A stretch of 64,000 nt of DNA from Spizellomyces punctatus DAOM BR117 (taxonomy: Eukaryota), in assembly GCA_000182565.2 (NCBI GenBank), contig KQ257468.1; one strand, written 5' to 3'. The notes beneath the pieces are model-generated. The model ran no database searches, had not been told where the DNA came from, and worked only from the letters and a program-made list of their open reading frames with translations. Shown here in pieces: positions 58,432-64,000 of the stretch. Position numbers and translations under genes: made by a program. Every line of letters starts with the position of its first letter. Within the stretch, counting starts at the first letter, position 1.

Positions 58432-61320
58432 TCACATCGAACAGAATTCAATGGTCCAAGTTCGTCTAACCCATAATCTAATGTCGACTGGCTGTACCTT
58501 TATGAGAGTTGACGCTGGCCGCGACAGGTTGGTCGGTGATGGAGGGAGCGGTATCTCTGGCGGAACTCTTACACGAGCGCCAGTTTCAGTGCCGGATGAT
58601 GATTGGGGTACATTAGATGATGTGATAGACACTCGTTCGACATTCTCGTTAGCCTCGTGGTTAGGGGGCGCGTGTGGCACCGCCTCTTTCTGTTCTATCG
58701 TCCCTGTTGAGGGAACCTTAGGGGAAGCAGGTGAGAACGTGTGGCCTGATGTGTCGGAAGCGTCCATCGTGGGGAGTACTGGTTTCGGTGCTGGGTCAGG
58801 TAGGGAGGATGACGTCTCTTCCACTCCCTCAGGACGGGAGGCTCCATTTGGAGCATCGTTTCCAGGGTCAGCGTCGGCTGTTGAGTTGTTCGCCAGTAGT
58901 GATGATGACTCAGGCGCTGACTGCTCGAGTTGAGCAGGTGGTGCATCCGAGGACGCCGGAACTGAAGTGTTTGATTCTGCTGGAATATCTACAATGTAAG
59001 GTTTTACCGGTGTAGTAGACGCATCTGTTGTCTCGTTAACAACATCTGCCTGTACTTCTTCGCGATTACTGCCACCATTGCCATCATTTGCAGCCGTAGT
59101 GGCAGGGGCCCGCCCTTCTTTGCCCTCCTCACTTTGCCGCTCGTTTGATACCGATGTTGTACTAGGTGCTAAATTCTCTTTCGATGCCTTTTGAGCTTCC
59201 TCCGCCGCCAAACTAGATCGTCGTCGTTCGAGCCAGTTGGTGTCCATTCGTATCGTCATCACTTCCCACCAGCACTTTCTGACCGGCCTCTTCATCAGCA
59301 GATGCTGATTGAGATGATGACTCGAAACTGACGGGGGCGCTCCCGCGTCAGAAACTTGGGTAACGAGAGAAGAGGCGTTTTGGGCATTGGATGCCGATGA
59401 CTTATCCTTTCCTGCCTGCACGTCCGATGCCCTTCTACCAGCCCCGGATTCTCTTCCAGCGCTGGACTCTTCCAGAATGCCGGGCTCCGCTTGCGAGGTA
59501 GAACTCTCAGGTGACGGCTTAGAGCTTTCCATCGTCGCTGCTGCCGCATCAACTGCTCGTTGGATATCTTGTAACTCTCTCATTTTTAACATGGAGACGC
59601 TTGAGACTCTACATTTTCCTGCCTCAATTTCTCTAAAATCCCACTCTGTCTGATCATGCTTGAAGTCTGCGGAAAAAAGACCCAACGCAGAAATGAGCTG
59701 ACCTTTTAATATCTGCTCATCCATCTCACATACTACCCGCTCTCTCTCTGTTAAACCTTGCGATTGTGAGGCATTTTTTTCTGTTTCATCGACAGATGGA
59801 CGTGAGCCCGACCCTCGTGACCCTCGATATCTCTCCGTTCCACCTGGGCGTTCTTTCTCCCCCTTTTCGAAGATCTCGATGCTCTCTTCTGCATACTTGC
59901 GGGCGACAACACGTTCTTTAACTAGTCTCTCCGCACAGAAGATTTTGACTTCCTTCACCTCACGTCCGAAAGCATCGTTTGTGACTGCCCCACGCATTTC
60001 GTCCATTTCGACCCCCTCGCGAAATTTTTGCAGGCTGTCGTTCGAATTGTCATTCAGGGCAACCTTTGCGCTAGCTTTGCTGAAGCTCCGTCGTAACCGT
60101 GACTTGAAAGCTTCCCACACGCTCTCGACCTTACTTCCCGCTTCCATTCCTGCATCGACCCACTTCGGAATAGGAAAATACTCCAATTCCTCCCGCAGCA
60201 CGATTATTGATCGTATGGGCCGGTTTAAATGGACGGGTGGTTCACCTACGGACGGCGTGGGTTGTGGCCCGAGGGCAGATGGAGATTGCTCATGACCAGA
60301 AAAGAAGGTTACTATGGAAAATTTCAATCCAGACATGCGACGAAAGATGTTGAAACTTGAAGGCCGGCGAATGCCATGCCATTTCCCATTAACTTTGCCA
60401 TCCATATTTCCTTCAACCGACGTGGGACTTGAAGCTGCACTCTTGCTCTCCTCATCATCTTGGTTAACCTCAGGTTTCGTATCAGGGTTCTGCTCAGGAG
60501 CGGTGTCAATCTTGGCGGATTCATGAGGCGCACTATTCTCCTCTTCGACCTTGTCCAGGGACACGGGAGGTACCGCTGCTTCCGCAATCTTCTGCTGCTC
60601 TTCCTGTTGCCGATGCATCTCCTCATGCGCAGCCACCATTGCATCGTGGTTACTATTTAAAATTTGCCGGAAGTAGTCCAGCAGAAATTGAAATAGTTTG
60701 GGGTCGAAATTGATGTGGCAGATCTTATGCTGTTCAACTCCTGTCAAATCCATTTGCAGACTGTCCTCTGCTGGGCGAAATGGCGTGGTCTTCTCAGATT
60801 TCTCAGACTCACGGTTGTCAAACTCTTCTCCGTCATCATCAGATGAGGTTTCAGAGAGTGACTCCATGTCATCCTCCGGCTCAGCGTCTTCGCCAGATTC
60901 GGAGTTGTAGTACTTTTGCCAGCTCAATGCAGTAGACTTGCTCAATGTGTTCCCGCCAGCAAATGATGCGCGTCGCGCAGAGTCCTGAGCAGCGCTACTG
61001 GATTTCCGCCCTGTGGGTTGCGGGTTGGGATCACTCATACGCCGGGACTCCATCGCTTGCGTTATAGCCGCTGCTGCTGCTGCCGCTGCTCCCATTCGCA
61101 CCCCAGGAACGGTAGCTGTTGCTTCTCTACCAGAGACTACGGAGAAGAAAGGGATAATACCTGTTGGAAACATGTTCATCAGGACCGAGTCCGGAAAAAG
61201 CCCGAGCACAGCCGATGAAACCCGAAAGTGAACTCCGCGTAAATTTAAGAATACCACATCGGTGGCCGTAACAGGTTGATATGGAAGCAACGGGTTGATG
61301 CCATATCGTGACAGTTTCAT
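58432..61320 (-). CDS. WHI2: Whi2-like BTB-domain stress-response regulator, single coding exon
   Basis: LNLRGVHFRV..FPDSVLMNMFPTG, NFDPKLFQFLL, IIVLREELEYF, KRPVRKCWW, IRLWVRRTWTIEF separated by long low-complexity inserts. Confidence 0.85.
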   Translation of the reverse strand: MKLSRYGINPLLPYQPVTATDVVFLNLRGVHFRVSSAVLGLFPDSVLMNMFPTGIIPFFSVVSGREATATVPGVRMGAAAAAAAAITQAMESRRMSDPNPQPTGRKSSSAAQDSARRASFAGGNTLSKSTALSWQKYYNSESGEDAEPEDDMESLSETSSDDDGEEFDNRESEKSEKTTPFRPAEDSLQMDLTGVEQHKICHINFDPKLFQFLLDYFRQILNSNHDAMVAAHEEMHRQQEEQQKIAEAAVPPVSLDKVEEENSAPHESAKIDTAPEQNPDTKPEVNQDDEESKSAASSPTSVEGNMDGKVNGKWHGIRRPSSFNIFRRMSGLKFSIVTFFSGHEQSPSALGPQPTPSVGEPPVHLNRPIRSIIVLREELEYFPIPKWVDAGMEAGSKVESVWEAFKSRLRRSFSKASAKVALNDNSNDSLQKFREGVEMDEMRGAVTNDAFGREVKEVKIFCAERLVKERVVARKYAEESIEIFEKGEKERPGGTERYRGSRGSGSRPSVDETEKNASQSQGLTERERVVCEMDEQILKGQLISALGLFSADFKHDQTEWDFREIEAGKCRVSSVSMLKMRELQDIQRAVDAAAATMESSKPSPESSTSQAEPGILEESSAGRESGAGRRASDVQAGKDKSSASNAQNASSLVTQVSDAGAPPSVSSHHLNQHLLMKRPVRKCWWEVMTIRMDTNWLERRRSSLAAEEAQKASKENLAPSTTSVSNERQSEEGKEGRAPATTAANDGNGGSNREEVQADVVNETTDASTTPVKPYIVDIPAESNTSVPASSDAPPAQLEQSAPESSSLLANNSTADADPGNDAPNGASRPEGVEETSSSLPDPAPKPVLPTMDASDTSGHTFSPASPKVPSTGTIEQKEAVPHAPPNHEANENVERVSITSSNVPQSSSGTETGARVRVPPEIPLPPSPTNLSRPASTLIKVQPVDIRLWVRRTWTIEFCSM

Positions 61321-61905
61321 TTTGGATCAAGGAAGCCCTAAGTGAATTCGATATCAGGGAGTAGATAAGATGCGGAAACAGAGGGAAATGTTATGATATA
61401 GTGTCTCTATTGACATACATGTCAGTGGCCGGAGAGATTGCCGAAAGATTGGAAGTTAACTTACACACTGCAGCGGGGTCGGATTCAGTCGAAAATTAGA
61501 TGAACCCACGGACTATGAAGTTTTGTTTGCCAGTGAGAGGAAGAACCAACGGTGTGTCGGCATGGAGTTGGCGAACCGCGCTGCTATTGACCCTTAAGGC
61601 CGCTTCCTTCTTTCGAAACGCTAAGAATTGCAAGTCCCAAATAACGTAGCGCAATGCATTCCCTAAAGGCGGAAACAGTTGGAAATCGTCCGTAATGACC
61701 AGCACTGCTTCCCTTTCCCTCCCTGTGAAACTTCACGATCGAGGCGACCTTTGTGCGGCGTGACGCTCAACGCGACCCCATCCCAATCCCCCAAGCCCAG
61801 CGAGTGACTCACATGGGCGAAAACCCGCAGACTTGCTACTCTGCAAATCTCCCGATTGCCCGCAATTTCTTTGCCCTCGCATTCTCTACTTAAGCAAGTG
61901 GGCCT

Positions 61906-63619
61906 ATGGCTACGCAAAGGACGCCAGCCCTACTTGTGCGGAAGGTGCAGTGCACTTCACCGAATCGACCAGTTCGAAGGGGGAAGAATTCCTGTCGAAG
62001 TGGTTGCTTGTACCCAAGACCTACACTTCCTCCTCGCTTCAATAGTATGCCCATAGCCCGCCTTATTACAACTTCTACTAGCCGCTCTCCATCAATAGCT
62101 CCTGTAGCGTCTGAAAGCCCAGTTTGGCTATCGAGTAGTAAGGTCGAAAAGTATGCGCGAATAGATATAAATCCTGTCACGCTCGAAGAACTCTTGCAGC
62201 TGGGGTGAAACGCACGACCTCCTATCCAGCGCCAGGTTCGCACATAATGAGCTACCCAAGAGGATGGCTCGGCGTGTGAAAGGTAAACGTTAGTTGGTGT
62301 GCAGGATCGTTTGTAGAACAGACGTCCTAACCCTACCTGACTGGACGAAAGCACAGCTCTTCAGAATTTGCCATTCATCGTAGGCGTCAATCCCTGGATT
62401 AAAAGTGTCTACAAATGTATCACGATTCCCCTAGAGAAACTCCTCTCACTACCTGAGCCGGTCGATCAAGAAACGCAGCAGATTTTCACTGAGGAGCTTC
62501 GAAAATTGGTGCAAGCCCATCAAGAGGTTATTCCCAAGCTAGCAAAAGGTGTGTAAATTAACGCATAATAGCCAGTCAAATTGTTAGCTGATAGTTATCC
62601 ATCTGCAGGATTCAAGGAATGCATCAAGTACATGACCAGAGATAGTGCAACAAATTTCCTTGACAACATGATTCACGCTCGAATCGGTATTCGAGGTACT
62701 TGCGTAGGAATCTCTTTCATTTGCAGTATCGTTCATAGTGTACTGATATGCGCGTTGCTCTCCAGTCATTGCTGAACACCATCTGTCATTATATACGCCC
62801 GCTGCCAATTACATCGGAGTGGTCAACACTCGTCTTTCACCAGCCTCACTCGTCACTTCCGTTGCCAAGTACGCTCAAGAACTTTGCGAATTCAACTATG
62901 GCTCGTCTCCAGAATTCAACATAATCGGGCATACCGACACTTTGATGGCTTACATAGGTGTGCACTTGGAGTATATTTTCATGGAGCTGATTAAGAATGC
63001 ATTTCGAGCCACTGTGGAGTACTCGCAGAGGACTGGCAGAGCGGATCATCCTCCTGTGGAAATTGCGATCTGTAAAGGACCGGAAGATGTCATTATCAGG
63101 ATTAGAGACCAAGGCGGCGGCATCTCCAGTAAAGGTGGGGTTTGCGAATGATAGAGACCTGCTTGACATTGCCCTCGCGCTAGCGCAGTACTGATTCATA
63201 GGATTATCTCATTCTATTTTCGCTAGACCTCCCTCATATATGGGAGTACAGTTACACTACTGTGCCCAAATATGACGAAGGTGATGGAATTTTCAGCACG
63301 CAGGCAAGGATGGAAATGCAATCTGGGGTGGGAGGGCCAATAGCTGGCAAGTAGATAATTGACCTACATCGTCATGAACACTATGGAAGAATAACCGCAT
63401 TTCCCTCCATAGGTTTGGGGTTTGGGCTACCGATGTCTCGTATCTATGGTACTTGATGTGCTGCTGTATTCGCGCATTCGGCTAATACTGATCAGTACTC
63501 CTGTAGCCAAGTATTTTGGCGGTTCGTTAGAGATACGTTCCATAAACGGGCACGGATGCGATGTTTTTCTTCGTGTACCCAACATTCTCGGCCTGAGCAC
63601 CCATGTTATCAAAGACTAG
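61906..63619 (+). CDS. Mitochondrial alpha-ketoacid dehydrogenase kinase (PDK/BCKDK family); frame broken by apparent indels
   Basis: SARFAHNELPKRMARRVK|ALQNLPFIVGVNP, FLDNMIHARIGIR|VIAEHHLSL, HLEYIFMELIKNAFRAT, IRIRDQGGG, IAG|LGFGLPMSRIY|AKYFGGSL. Confidence 0.88.
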
Positions 63620-63725
63620 AACCACCTTATGTATGTTGTAAATATGTATAATGAATGATATGGTACAGATCAATGCTTTAAATGCGACTTGCTACGCGGT
63701 TCAAAGAGGAACATAAGTTTAGCCG

Positions 63726-64000
63726 TCAAGAGTCCTGGATAGCCTGTCTGGTTATGACGGAGTGACCCCTACCGAACGGTGACGGTAAGTGACTCAATCA
63801 ATTGGGCAGGTCCAGAATTTTAACTTACTCGTCGTCCTTGGATATTCTCCAGTAATAGTCGGCATACTCCGACTTTCCCAACAGTTGCATAAACTCTTCA
63901 TCGTGGGTGATAATCAGCAGTTGAAAATTGCTTTGCTGCCTTCGCAGCTTGATTATGCTGCGGCGAAATAAGAACAAATTTTTGCAACTGAATATCAAAG
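63726..64000 (-). CDS. RAD50: DNA repair protein RAD50, 3' end (partial)
   Basis: [42 protein letters not shown]|..[12 protein letters not shown], the Rad50 C-terminal His-switch region. Confidence 0.88.

Overview
Eukaryotic, gene-dense, intron-rich fungal DNA with short (mostly 50-70 nt) GT-AG introns, CTAAC/CTGAC-type branch points and many head-to-head gene pairs. The mix of fungal genes (WHI2, fungal-type NDUFC2, Cu-only SOD) and animal-like genes missing from budding yeast (BABAM1, FIBP, LRRC57, GUCD1, ZZZ3, SMARCAL1, a class A GPCR) points to an early-diverging fungus, probably a chytrid (inference). About 31 protein genes and one tRNA-Arg(ACG) were annotated by manual splicing, so boundaries are approximate. 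Highlights: (1) an apparently empty 46.1-47.4 kb gap holds a minus-strand, spliced, apparently non-coding host transcript whose three long introns each carry a box C/D RNA: a U61-like 18S guide, a SNORD110/snoR14-like 18S guide, and a ~175-nt orphan whose D guide fits U5 snRNA G37; (2) a rhodopsin-class GPCR that lacks the retinal lysine and instead has the D3.32/Y7.43 pair typical of amine-binding receptors; (3) a GRF-zinc-finger/HARP/SNF2 helicase; (4) a bacterial-type acetylpolyamine amidohydrolase with about a dozen introns; (5) a secreted Cu-only SOD with a KADPA repeat tail; (6) homopolymer frameshifts in the mitochondrial dehydrogenase-kinase gene. All homology calls come from recalled motifs, not database searches.
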